DNA of 64,000 nt from NCBI GenBank assembly GCA_964640665.1, contig CAZXHT010000003.1, forward strand, positions 66,468 through 130,467, written 5' to 3'. The stretch comes from an uncultured Myxococcales bacterium (lineage in GTDB: Bacteria; Myxococcota; B64-G9). Made by a program: the position numbers and the translations under genes. Below the pieces are notes generated by a model. The model was not told where the DNA came from and did no database searches. It was given only the letters and a program-made list of their open reading frames with translations. Shown one piece after another: positions 37,671 to 47,800 of this stretch (position 1 is the first letter of the stretch; each line of letters starts with the position of its first letter).

Positions 37671-38560
37671 GTACGCCTCTTCCTCTTGCGCCGCCTGGCC
37701 AGTTCACGCGTGTGATCGATGATTTCGATCAGACCCTCGGTCATCAGCGCTCCCGCCACGCGGCGGCGGTAATCGGCGCTGGAGCGGATGTCATCGATGG
37801 CCCGCACGGCGGCGATACAGGCCTTAGCCGCGGACCTCACCCGCTCGGCGTCAAGAACGCGGCCCTCGAGTATCTCCTCGGCCTGCGGCACCCCGATGAC
37901 GGTTGGTGCGACCGCCCCCATTGCCACCCTGACATGACTCAGGCACCCGTCAGTGTGGCGCCGGGCGCACAGCGCCAGCGAGGCCTTCGAGCAGCACATG
38001 CCCTTGCGCTGCCCGGCCTTCTTGAAGAAGGCCACCGTCCGCCCGCGCCGCGGCGGAAACAGCACGGCCTCGATAACCTCGTCGAGGCCGAGGTCCGTCC
38101 TGGCGGGTCCTTTGAGAAAAGAGAGCACGGGCAACACACGCCGCCGGCCGCGGGCTGCCAGCGCCACCCGGGCATCCAGACAGACCAGCGCGGGCAGCGA
38201 ATCGGCCGCCGGGGAGGCGTTACCCAGGTTACCGCCGATGGTTCCCAGGTTGCGAATCTGGACCGAGCCGACCGCCCGGCAGGCGAGGCTCAGCAACCTG
38301 GCGCGCCTGCGGATCAGCGCATTGTCGGCGATCTCCTGGTGGGTGACGGCGGCCCCAATGCGGATCAAGCCCCGGTCGGTAAGCCCGATGCCCTGCAACT
38401 CGGAGACCCCGCTGATGTCGATCAACATGTGCCTGCCCGCGAAGGGCTCGGGCCGCACCAGGACATCGGTTCCACCGGCAATCAAGAGCGCAGCGGTTCC
38501 GTCGGCCCAGATTATCTCCAGTACGTCATCCAGTGACTGAAGCTTAAGGAAACTTATCAT
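37667..38560 (-). CDS. FAD-binding subunit of xanthine-dehydrogenase/CO-dehydrogenase-family molybdenum hydroxylase (CoxM/XdhB-like)
   Basis: FAD_binding_5-like sequence (LLIAGGTDVLV...; LGTIGGNLGNASPAADS) plus the CO_deh_flav_C region. Confidence 0.8.
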   Translation of the reverse strand: MISFLKLQSLDDVLEIIWADGTAALLIAGGTDVLVRPEPFAGRHMLIDISGVSELQGIGLTDRGLIRIGAAVTHQEIADNALIRRRARLLSLACRAVGSVQIRNLGTIGGNLGNASPAADSLPALVCLDARVALAARGRRRVLPVLSFLKGPARTDLGLDEVIEAVLFPPRRGRTVAFFKKAGQRKGMCCSKASLALCARRHTDGCLSHVRVAMGAVAPTVIGVPQAEEILEGRVLDAERVRSAAKACIAAVRAIDDIRSSADYRRRVAGALMTEGLIEIIDHTRELARRRKRKRRT

Positions 38561-38616
38561 CCCCTTGTTAGACTCCCACAGCGCGGCTCCTAAGCCGCAA
38601 CCAAAAATCCGCGCAG

Positions 38617-38665
38617 TACTACTGAGAATCTTCGCGTCCCGCGAAGATTCTCGTGGTTAGTAGTA
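38617..38665 (-). other. extended inverted repeat / RNA hairpin (11-bp perfect stem GAGAATCTTCGCG-TCC-CGCGAAGATTCTC plus flanking ACTACT/AGTAGT arms) between the xdhC-like and FAD-subunit genes
   Basis: Seen directly at 38624-38652 with extensions to 38617 and 38665. It lies in the 125-bp gap inside the minus-strand operon. A T-run follows about 15 nt downstream on the transcribed strand. Confidence 0.6.
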
Positions 38666-38685
38666 TGAAAATCACTCGTTCTCCT

Positions 38686-39603
38686 TCAGGCATCCTCCGA
38701 GTCATCGAACACCACGTCCTCAAGCGACGATTCTCTCTTCTTGGCCGTGACCGCTTTAGACGGTACAGTTTTCTTGTCCGGCATGGTCTGCTTACTTCCC
38801 GGTGTACTATTGACCGCGCTGCCCCGGCGCCAGAGAAAAACTAGCTCGGCGGCGATGGCGATGGCAATCTCCTCAGGGGTGACGGCTCCGATGTCCAACC
38901 CCACCGGGGAACGGATCTTCTTTATCTGTTCCGCGGGAACACCCTTGGCTTTCAGAAGCTCCATGGCCTTGGCTGCCTTCTTCTTACTGCCGATCATTCC
39001 CAACCAGGCGGGGTTCCGGCCGACGACCCCTTCCAGCACGAGTTGATCCTGGTCATGCCCCCGTGTGACGATAAACACGTGGTCCTTGGTGCCCGGAGGC
39101 TGCGAGGCGACCTGTTCCGCGAAGGGGCGATTGACGATCTCGTCCACATCGGGAAACCTGTCGCGGTTGGCCCACTCGGAGCGCTCATCCACCACGCTGA
39201 TGCGACAATCGAGAGTGGCCAATAGCCTGGCCACCGCGGCGGAGACGTGGCCACCGCCGTAGATGACTACCCGCTTGGCCGGCAGCATCGGCTCGATGTA
39301 GACGCTTATCTCCCCGCCGCAGCTCATCCCCAACTCGTCCAGCTTGTAGTGCAGCGTGCGCGGCCCGCGGCCGTCATCGAGAGCATTCAGCGAGTCGGCG
39401 ATGACTCGCGCCTCAACGACACCGCCGCCGACCGTGCCGTTGATGCTGCCGTCGGGTAGCACGATCATCTTGGCCCCCACCTTGCCCGGCGCCGAGCCGA
39501 TCGAACGTACGATGAGCGTCAATACTCCAGACTCTTCCTCGTCGACCAGCCGCTGCAACTCCAGGGCGATTGTCTTGGTTCCCTCTCCGGATGTAGGATC
39601 CAT
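38686..39603 (-). CDS. XdhC/CoxI-family molybdenum-hydroxylase maturation (Mo-cofactor insertion) protein
   Basis: An XdhC_CoxI N-domain (LTLIVRSIGSAPGKVGAKMIV) and XdhC_C Rossmann domain (RVVIYGGGHVSAAVARLLATLDCRISVVD) are present. Confidence 0.8.
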   Translation of the reverse strand: MDPTSGEGTKTIALELQRLVDEEESGVLTLIVRSIGSAPGKVGAKMIVLPDGSINGTVGGGVVEARVIADSLNALDDGRGPRTLHYKLDELGMSCGGEISVYIEPMLPAKRVVIYGGGHVSAAVARLLATLDCRISVVDERSEWANRDRFPDVDEIVNRPFAEQVASQPPGTKDHVFIVTRGHDQDQLVLEGVVGRNPAWLGMIGSKKKAAKAMELLKAKGVPAEQIKKIRSPVGLDIGAVTPEEIAIAIAAELVFLWRRGSAVNSTPGSKQTMPDKKTVPSKAVTAKKRESSLEDVVFDDSEDA

Positions 39604-39605
39604 TG

Positions 39606-40091
39606 TTACCTCCCGCTTCTGCGAATGGCCCGCCGGCGGGCCGTTTTTCGAATGGCCGATACGATTTTGGTATAGCCGGTACAGCGACACAGGTTGCCGG
39701 AAATACCTTCGCGGATCTGGTCGCTGGTGGGACGCTGGTAGCGCGACAGCAGGTACTCACCGGCCAGTAACATGCCCGGTGTGCAAAAGCCGCACTGTAT
39801 CGCTCCTTCGTCGACGAAGGCCTGCTGTAAGTCGCTAAGGCCGTCCCCGCTTGCCAGTCCCTCGACGGTGACGATCTCGGCACCGTCTGCCGAAGCGGCA
39901 AGCACCAGGCAAGACGGAACAAGCTTGCCGTTCAGCATCAGCGAGCAGGCGCCGCATTCCCCGATGCCGCAGCCTTTCTTGGTGCCGGTCAGGCCCGCCT
40001 TTTCGCGCAAGGTGTCTACCAGGCGCTCGTCGGGGTCGACTTCGAAGCGCGCCCCGCGGCCGTTGATCGTCAGGCGCAAGTCAATCTTCAT
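39606..40091 (-). CDS. [2Fe-2S]-binding small subunit of Mo hydroxylase (CoxS/XdhA-like)
   Basis: Plant-type ferredoxin Cys cluster CGIGECGACS plus the second cluster QCGFCTPG...CRCTGY. Confidence 0.85.
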   Translation of the reverse strand: MKIDLRLTINGRGARFEVDPDERLVDTLREKAGLTGTKKGCGIGECGACSLMLNGKLVPSCLVLAASADGAEIVTVEGLASGDGLSDLQQAFVDEGAIQCGFCTPGMLLAGEYLLSRYQRPTSDQIREGISGNLCRCTGYTKIVSAIRKTARRRAIRRSGR

Positions 40092-42252
40092 GACGCCCCT
40101 CTTCCAGTGCGACGAGCACGTCCTCGGCTTTAACCGGCAGGCGTGTAAAACGCACCCCGATGGCATCCTGCAGCGCATTCAGGATCGCCGGGGTCACTCC
40201 GACCATGCAGGTCTCGCTGATGCCCTTGGCCCCGTAGGGACCGGAGGCCTCCAACACCTGGACCGGCACCGTGCGGATATCGGCCGGCACGTCCAGAGAC
40301 GAAGGCAGGATATAGGTGTTGAAGTTTGTATTCTTAAAAAACCCCTTCTCAATAATAACATCCTCGAACAGGGCGTAGCCGATTCCCTGGGCGATGCCGC
40401 CCTCGCTCTGTCCCTCGAAACCGGTGCGGAAGATCACCCGCCCGCCGTCCAGATACGCTTCCACCGCCTCGACCGTTATCTCGCCGGTCAGGGTGTTCAC
40501 CTCTGCCAGTACCACGTGGGTTCCGTAGGAGTACAACAGGTGAGGCAAACCTTCGCCCAGCTCGACATCATGTGTAGGCACATGAAAAGTCGCCCGGGCC
40601 GTGAGATCTCCGGGCTCGCTCGCTTCGGCTTTCATCGCCTCGAGCTTGTCGGCTGCCATCAGGATTGCATTGCCCACGGCATAGGTGGTGCGCGAAGCGG
40701 TTGTGGTTCCCGAGTCAGGTGTCACGGCCGTATCCGCTCCCACCACGGCGAGTTTATCCATGGGCACGCCGAGTCTCTCTGCCGCCATCTGGGCATATGC
40801 GGTGTAGGCGCCCTGGCCAAACTCGTTTGTTCCGGCGAAAACCACGAGCCGGCCATCGCGATCCAGGCGCAGCTCAACCTCCGCGTAATCTGGAATGCCT
40901 ATTCCCAGGCCAACGCCCTGCATCTGGGTGGCTACTCCCACGCCCCGCTTGATGTAAGACGCAAGAGAAGGCGAGTGGCGCGAAGTGTCTTTCACCAGCC
41001 GTCGTCTCGACTTCCATAGCTTGCCGCGACGGGCTGACTTCACGGTCGCCTCGGCGCCGACCTTGAGCTTCATCTCATAGCCCAGTGCCGCCAGATCTCC
41101 CTGGTGCAAGACATTGGCCTGGCGGAAGGCCAGCGGATCGCGTCCCAGTTTGTGAGCCATTCGATCCATCTGGCTCTCGATGGCCACACAGGCCTGGGTG
41201 CAGCCGAACCCGCGGAAAGCACCCGAGAAGCCGTTGTTGGTGTAGACAGCGTAGGCATCGACTTTGAAGTTGGGCACCAGGTAGGGGCCGGCGGCGTGCT
41301 CCATCATCAGGTTGAGCACCGGCCCGCCCAGCGAGGCATAGGCGCCCGTGTCCGCGACGAAGCGTGCCTGCACAGCCAGCAGCTTGCCGCTCTTGGAGAC
41401 GCCGGTCTTGTACCACATCCTGGCCGGGTGGCGCTTGGTGTGCGCGACGATCGACTCCTCGCGGCTGGCCACCATCTTGGCCGGCCGCCGGGTGTGATAG
41501 GTCATCAGCGCCAGATGGATCTGCACCGTGACCTCGTCCTTGCCGCCGAAAGCTCCACCGACATAGGGCGCCGTTACCCGCACCAGGTCGAGTTCGAGCC
41601 CCAGCGACCGGGCAATCTGCGTCTGGTCGCGAAAAACGTACTGCCCGCACGACTCGACTGTCAGCAGGCCGTCTTCACCGTAGTAGGAGACTCCCGCCTC
41701 GGTTTCCAGAAAGGCATGATCCATCATCGGTACCTGGTAGAAACCCTCGACCACAACAGAACTCTTCTTGAAACCCAGTTCCACGTCGCCCTTGGTGAAA
41801 TGCCCCTGGTGCAATATGTTGCCGTTTGGGTGCAGGGCGACGGCTCCGGGCAGCATGGCTTTCTCGGGATCGGTCAAGGGCTCGAGCACTTCGTAGTCTA
41901 CCCTGACCAACGCCGCCGCGCGGAGAGCGGCGGCGCGTGTCTCTGCTCCCACAAGCGCCACGGCGTCGCCCATGTAACGCACGCGATCGTGGCAAAGCAC
42001 CGGCATATCCTGGATCTGAATACCGAAGGCGTTCAGGCCGGGAACATCCCGGGCCGTCAGCACGCGCACCACGCCTTCGACCGTCTCCGCCTCGGCGGTG
42101 TCGACGGACTTAATGCGCGCGTGGGGATGCGCGGCTCGTACCACTTCGACCCAGAGCATGCCGTCGATCACCCGGTCGGAGGGATAGATCATCCGCCCGG
42201 TAACCTTGTCCTCGGCATCGAGCCGTCTGACACGCTTTCCGACTACCCGCAT
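40081..42252 (-). CDS. molybdopterin-binding large subunit of xanthine-dehydrogenase-family hydroxylase
   Basis: The Ald_Xan_dh_C region has the GGAFGGK signature (APYVGGAFGGKDEV). About 720 aa. Its stop overlaps the small-subunit start. Confidence 0.85.
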   Translation of the reverse strand: MRVVGKRVRRLDAEDKVTGRMIYPSDRVIDGMLWVEVVRAAHPHARIKSVDTAEAETVEGVVRVLTARDVPGLNAFGIQIQDMPVLCHDRVRYMGDAVALVGAETRAAALRAAALVRVDYEVLEPLTDPEKAMLPGAVALHPNGNILHQGHFTKGDVELGFKKSSVVVEGFYQVPMMDHAFLETEAGVSYYGEDGLLTVESCGQYVFRDQTQIARSLGLELDLVRVTAPYVGGAFGGKDEVTVQIHLALMTYHTRRPAKMVASREESIVAHTKRHPARMWYKTGVSKSGKLLAVQARFVADTGAYASLGGPVLNLMMEHAAGPYLVPNFKVDAYAVYTNNGFSGAFRGFGCTQACVAIESQMDRMAHKLGRDPLAFRQANVLHQGDLAALGYEMKLKVGAEATVKSARRGKLWKSRRRLVKDTSRHSPSLASYIKRGVGVATQMQGVGLGIGIPDYAEVELRLDRDGRLVVFAGTNEFGQGAYTAYAQMAAERLGVPMDKLAVVGADTAVTPDSGTTTASRTTYAVGNAILMAADKLEAMKAEASEPGDLTARATFHVPTHDVELGEGLPHLLYSYGTHVVLAEVNTLTGEITVEAVEAYLDGGRVIFRTGFEGQSEGGIAQGIGYALFEDVIIEKGFFKNTNFNTYILPSSLDVPADIRTVPVQVLEASGPYGAKGISETCMVGVTPAILNALQDAIGVRFTRLPVKAEDVLVALEEGRHED

Positions 42253-44834
42253 GCTTTGACCTCCGCCACCCTGATACAATCGGTCACCGGACATACGGCC
42301 GCGCAAACCCCGCAACCGACGCAGCGTTCATCATCCACCACAGGCAGTCGATCGGCACCGAAACTAATTGCCTGGTGGCCTCCGTCGCGGCAGGTTATAA
42401 GGCACCGACCGCAACCGATGCACAGCCGCTCATCAATGCGCGAACGCACATTCTTTGCAGCCTGGAGCTTATCGTGAGTCGTGATCCGCTCGAGCGACCG
42501 GCCGACCAGGTCCGCAGGCGAATGCAATCCCTTTTCCTTGAGGTACCAGGCCAAACCGCTTTTGAGATCTTCGATCATCTCGAAGCCGAAGGTCATCACC
42601 GCGGTACAGAATTGCACGTTGACCGCTCCTACCAGCATCATCTGGACTGCGTCCTTCCAGTTCAGCGGGCCGCCCGTGCCCGTTACCGGCAGCTTGCAGG
42701 CGGTGGCAACCATGGCAATGTTGCGCAGCGTGATCGGCAAGATGGCCGGCCCCGAGAGGCCGGCGAACGATGTCCTGCCGCCGACGTCCGGCAAGGGGTT
42801 GAAACTGTCGAGATCGATGCCCATCAGGCTGGGAATAGTGTTGGAGGCGCAGACGGCGTCGGCGCCACCTTCTCGGACGGCCTGCGCCACGGCCTTGATG
42901 TCGGCCACCTGGGGTGTAATCTTGATGACCACCGGCGCGCGCCGGGCCGCGCCCTTGATCCACGAGGTCACCTCGCGGGTGAGTTCGACGTTCTGCCCGA
43001 GCATCTGGCCGGCGAACGAGCCCTCGCCGCCCAGCGTGCCCTGGGGACAGGAAAACGAGCACTCCAGCACATCCGCCCCGGCCGCCTCGAGGCGCCCGAC
43101 GAGTTGCTCCCAGTCTTGCCTGGAAGAACCCATCATCGAGCCGACCACGACCCGATCCGGAAACTCTTCCTTGATGGCCCGGATGCGCTTCTCGACCACG
43201 TCGATGTGGTGCTCGCTGATTAGATCGATGTTGCCCAGGCCGGCGACCCGCTTGCCGAACAACTGGTAGCCCTGCATCATCGGGTACTTCAACTCGACCG
43301 GTTCCGACTCGACGGCCGTGGTTTTCAGAACCGCGCCGGCCCAGCCGGCCTTGAAACCGGCCCTGAGCATCTCGAGATCGTCTGTGGGCGGCGCCGCCGC
43401 CAGCAAAAAGGGATTGACGAAGCGCACGCCGCAGAAATCAACCGCCAGGTCGACGTCGCCGGGCAACATCTCGTCGTCCGAAAATACGATCCGCGCGTGT
43501 CCCAGCCTTGAGTGAACCTCACGGGCGACCTTTACGCCGTCGGCCACGGCATCCACAACCGTGCGCCGCTGCCTGATCAGATCTCCGGCCACGAAGACAC
43601 CCGTACCCGCCGCCAGATTCTCATGTTTGACCAGCCCGTCATCACCGAGCGAGAGACCCATCTCGGCGACGCGCTTCTCGTCAATACGTTCCCCGACCGC
43701 CACTATGACGTCGTCTACCGGCAAATCGAAGCGCGCCGAGTCGACCGGTACAGGGCGCCTGCGGCCGCTCGCATCGGGCTGCCCCAGCACTGTCACCACG
43801 CAGCGCACGGCGGCAAGCTTGCCGCCCTTTTCGAGAAGCTCGACAGGCTGGGTCAACGTGCGCAGCCTGACGCCCTCGGCCCGGGCACGGCCGATCTCTT
43901 TCTCCCAGGCGGGCATCTCGACGTCCGAACGTCTGTAGAGAACGACAACGTCCTCGGCGCCCATCCGCAAGGCGGTGATAGCCGCATCCATGGCGGTGTT
44001 GCCGCCGCCGATGACCGCCACCCGCGGACCGAGCCTCGGACGCGGGCTCACACCGGAGGCCTTGAGGCCGAGAATATCCAGAGCCTGGTGAACACCCGCA
44101 AGCTCTTCGCCCGGCAGGCCGAGCCTGGCCGGCTGCGTCAGCCCGACGGCTACTACCACGGCATCGAAGTCGTTGCCCAGTTCAGAAAGTGATCCCAGAT
44201 CGCGTCCGAAGACGAAATCGACTCCCAGCTTCTCGACTGCCAGCACCTCGTGTTCGACCACCCGGGAGGGCAGGCGCATCGCGGGTATACCTCCCGCCAG
44301 CATCCCGCCCGCTTTTGAGCCCCGCTCGAACACCGTGGGGTGGTGTCCCAAGTGGGCCAACTCCGCGGCCGCGGCCAGGCCCGCGGGGCCGGCGCCGATA
44401 ACGGCCACGCGCTTGCCCGTGGCCTCCGCGGCCGGCTCAGGGAAAACCCCGCTGGAGATTTCGAAGTCGCAAGCGAAGCGCTGCAGCGCCCCGATGTCGA
44501 TCGGGCGATCGATCCGCGCCCGGGTGCATTCGCGCTGGCATTGATCCGCGGTAGCGCACACGCGGGCGCAGCTACCGCCCATGACATTGGCCCGGCGAAT
44601 AACCTGGGCCGCCCCGCGCAGATCAAAGTTACGGATCTTGCGGATGAACGTCCGCACCGGCACCGCGGCCGGGCAACCCTTCTCGCAAGGAGGGTCTTCG
44701 CACTGCAGGCAACGCCAAGCTTCGTCAAGAGCCGCGTCCAAGCTCAGCCCCGACTCGAACTCTTCGAAATTACCGGCCAATGTTCTCCCCGAGCCTATGG
44801 AATCGCTGCATTCTACACGAGGAGGGATGGCCAT
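42243..44834 (-). CDS. fused Fe-S flavoprotein: N-terminal GltD/PreT-like 4Fe-4S + FAD/NAD(P) oxidoreductase and C-terminal PreA-like dihydroorotate/dihydropyrimidine-dehydrogenase TIM barrel with 2x[4Fe-4S] ferredoxin (YgfK-like architecture)
   Basis: Two dinucleotide-binding GxGxxG sites (VAVIGAGPAGLAAA; VAVIGGGNTAMDAA). A DHO_dh-like barrel precedes C-terminal CIGCGRCLITC and CVGCGVCAAVCP motifs. It is first gene of the Mo-hydroxylase operon. Confidence 0.7.
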   Translation of the reverse strand: MAIPPRVECSDSIGSGRTLAGNFEEFESGLSLDAALDEAWRCLQCEDPPCEKGCPAAVPVRTFIRKIRNFDLRGAAQVIRRANVMGGSCARVCATADQCQRECTRARIDRPIDIGALQRFACDFEISSGVFPEPAAEATGKRVAVIGAGPAGLAAAAELAHLGHHPTVFERGSKAGGMLAGGIPAMRLPSRVVEHEVLAVEKLGVDFVFGRDLGSLSELGNDFDAVVVAVGLTQPARLGLPGEELAGVHQALDILGLKASGVSPRPRLGPRVAVIGGGNTAMDAAITALRMGAEDVVVLYRRSDVEMPAWEKEIGRARAEGVRLRTLTQPVELLEKGGKLAAVRCVVTVLGQPDASGRRRPVPVDSARFDLPVDDVIVAVGERIDEKRVAEMGLSLGDDGLVKHENLAAGTGVFVAGDLIRQRRTVVDAVADGVKVAREVHSRLGHARIVFSDDEMLPGDVDLAVDFCGVRFVNPFLLAAAPPTDDLEMLRAGFKAGWAGAVLKTTAVESEPVELKYPMMQGYQLFGKRVAGLGNIDLISEHHIDVVEKRIRAIKEEFPDRVVVGSMMGSSRQDWEQLVGRLEAAGADVLECSFSCPQGTLGGEGSFAGQMLGQNVELTREVTSWIKGAARRAPVVIKITPQVADIKAVAQAVREGGADAVCASNTIPSLMGIDLDSFNPLPDVGGRTSFAGLSGPAILPITLRNIAMVATACKLPVTGTGGPLNWKDAVQMMLVGAVNVQFCTAVMTFGFEMIEDLKSGLAWYLKEKGLHSPADLVGRSLERITTHDKLQAAKNVRSRIDERLCIGCGRCLITCRDGGHQAISFGADRLPVVDDERCVGCGVCAAVCPVTDCIRVAEVKACG

Positions 44835-44888
44835 TCAAGGAAGGTTTGAATTTGCAATGCCGCGCCGGCGACGCACGCCCTGTCTATG

Positions 44889-47800
44889 CTAGTACGACCA
44901 GAAGACGTGCAGGTTGGAGAAGGTCGGCCGCACTCCGTCCTGGGTGGTGTTGAGTTGCACGTCGGCGCTCAGCCAACGGTGGCCTTGCAGGGACGGGCAG
45001 GTGTTGTATATGTCCGCGGGCGAGGCAGCAAAAGGCCCGCAGACGGGGCTGTGATTGGTCACAAGCTCCGCCTCGCTGTCGGCCGAGACGAACGACACGC
45101 TGACCGAGGTGTCGACGGGCACGGTCGCATCCCAGGTGGCGCTGTGCCAGAAGGGCGCGTCGTAGCCGGAATCGAAGTTCTGGATCCAGTGCCCTTCGCG
45201 GGTGGTGACCATGCGCAGCTGCATGCCGGTCATGTCGCTGTAGGTGTACAACTCCTGGCCCGGGTCGACCGGGAACGAGCCGTCCGGTGTGCAGTCGGAC
45301 AAAAAACGATTGGCGTAGCCGCCGTAACGGTTGGGCACCCAGATCTTCCCGTTGGCGTCGACCGCCACGCCGTGGGGATGATGTCCGTTCGAGACCGCCT
45401 GCCGGCATAAGACGTCGCCCGTACCTGGATTGATTTTGACCACCTCGTTGGTTCCATAGCTCGACCCCCAGACGTAGCCGTCCTGGTCGACCGTCACCGC
45501 CGTGACATTAGTGACGCCGGTGTAGAATACCGAATGGTCGGAGCCATTGATCATGTGCACCCCGCGTTGTGTTCCGCTCCCCGACCAACTACCCAGCCAG
45601 ACGTTGTTACTCTGGTCGATGGCGATGCCGTAGTGTCGATCGTGGGTCACCGAGGCTTCTACCGCCATGGTGGCCGTGTTTACTTTCTTGGTCACCGGAG
45701 AGGATGCCGTCCACAGGTAGCCGTTGCCGTCGATGGCCAGTCCGTAGACGCTGACCCCGACGTTGAGAGAACCCAGCACTCTGCAACAGGGCGGCTCGAC
45801 GCAGCCCGTCGGGTCGGTTGCCTGGCCGTCAACCTTGTACAGAGTCTGGCCGTTGTAGGTGCCGAACCAGACGTTGCCGTCACCGTCGATGGCCACTGCG
45901 CGGCAGATGTTGGGGGCATCGACGCTGCATATACGGCTGCCGTCTGCGTCGAGGTGCACGCCGTTCGAGTAGTGCGCGTCTCCTGTCGAGGCGAAGCCAC
46001 GATTGCCCACCCAAACGGAGTAGTCGAGCGCAACCGCCGTACGCGAGGGAGCGTCGCCGTGCGAGTCTACCTGCCAGATCTTCTGGCCGGTCTCGGTATC
46101 CAGCTTGGCGACCTGGTCGCGACCGGTGACCGAAATGTAGATGAAGGGCGTGCGCACCGAGCCCTGGCCGAGCGTGATCGCATCGGGATTGCCGGGATCG
46201 GGCTCGGTGCCGTCACAGTCGCGCAGGTCGGCGTCGCACTCGCCGGGCGTGTCCCAGCCTACCTCGTAACAGGGGACATCCGGGCACGTCCCGCAGGCAG
46301 TCAGGACACCCTCGTCGATCAACCCGTCGCAGTCGTTGTCCACGCCATCGCAGACCTCTTCGGGAACCACGCCGCAATCACCGCAGGCGTTCATGACCCC
46401 CTCGTCAGTCCAGCCGTCGCAGTCATTGTCCACCCCGTCGCAGACTTCGGTCGAATCGCAGAAACCGCACAGGTTGGAGCCGATCGCCCATTGCTCGTCG
46501 GTCTCTCCATCGCAATCGTTGTCCACCCCGTCGCAGACTTCCGCCTCGGGAATGACATCCCCCTCGCAAACCGACCAGAACTCGCCGTCGATACAAGTCA
46601 TGGTTCCGGTATGGCAGGTTCCCACTCCTTGCGTGCCGTCCGGCCCGCGGTAACAGGTCTTCGTCTCGGAGCCCGAGCAACCCCCGCACATCTCGTCCAC
46701 CGAGCCGTCGCAGTCGTCGTCCAACCCGTTGGCGCATACTTCTTCGGGGACAGGCCCGCAAGTGCCGCAGGCGTTGGTGACGCCCTCGTCGACGATGCCG
46801 TTACAGTTGTCGTCGATCTCGTTGCAGGACTCCTGCGCCCCGGGGTTGACCGCGGCGTTGGTGTCATCGCAGTCTTCCGGAGGACGATAGCCGTCATTGT
46901 CGCCGTCGGGCAGGCAATCCTCGTCTGTAAAACCGTCACAGTCATTGTCCAGATTGTCGGCCACGTCGCCCTCGCATTCGACACCAGGGGTAACCTCTCC
47001 CTCGCAGCTGGTCCAGACGTAGTCGGCGCCCTGCTCGACACAGTCGTGTGTTCCGCCCTTGCAAATACCCTGTCCCATGGTGCTCGGCGGCCCCGAGTAG
47101 CACGGCTGGTCTACCGGCGGGTGACATTCGCAGTTGCTGCCCGCGCCACCCTCGTCGCAATGGCAACCGGGATCGCATGAGCAATTCTCGTCGATCTGGC
47201 CGTTGCAGTCGTTATCCAACCCGTCGCCGCAGATCTCGACGAGCTGGTCGTCCGGCGGAGTGCAATCACCGCAGCGGTTGAGCAAACCCTCGTCGATATC
47301 CCCGTCGCAATCGTTGTCCTCGCTATCACAGATCTCGTCTGTCGGCGTCTGCTCACCCTGGCAATCGCCGTACTCCTTGTCGTCCCCGCAGATCATCACG
47401 CCCGAGCGACACAGGCCCACGCCCTTGGTCTCGAAGGGGCCGGTATAGCACGCGCGGCGGTCGCCCCGCTCGCAGCCGCAGTCAGCCTCGTCGGTAGTTC
47501 CGTCACAGTCGTTGTCGATGCCGTCGTGGCAGATCTCGGGGGCGCCGGGGTGAACCAGGCGATCGGTATCGTCGCAGTCTTCGTCGCCCAGGGCGCAGTT
47601 GGGCCCATAGCCGTCCTGGTCCTGGTCGATGCACTCCTTGCCGTTGCCGCCGTCACCGTCGGTGCCGGCGTCTTCAATCTCGTCCGGCTTGCAAAAGCCG
47701 GCCTCGCAATGCTCGCCCGAGGGACAGTCGCCGTCGTCCACACACGGCATTTGGCAAAACCCGCTCAGGCACTGCATGCCTGAGGGGCAGTCTTCGGAGA

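Noticed and set aside
45534-47180. 548-aa plus-strand ORF (Val/Ala/Gly-rich), plus several further plus-strand ORFs between 52.7 and 58 kb
   Set aside because: These are antisense shadows of the two giant Cys-repeat genes. Repetitive GC-rich coding produces long open frames on both strands.
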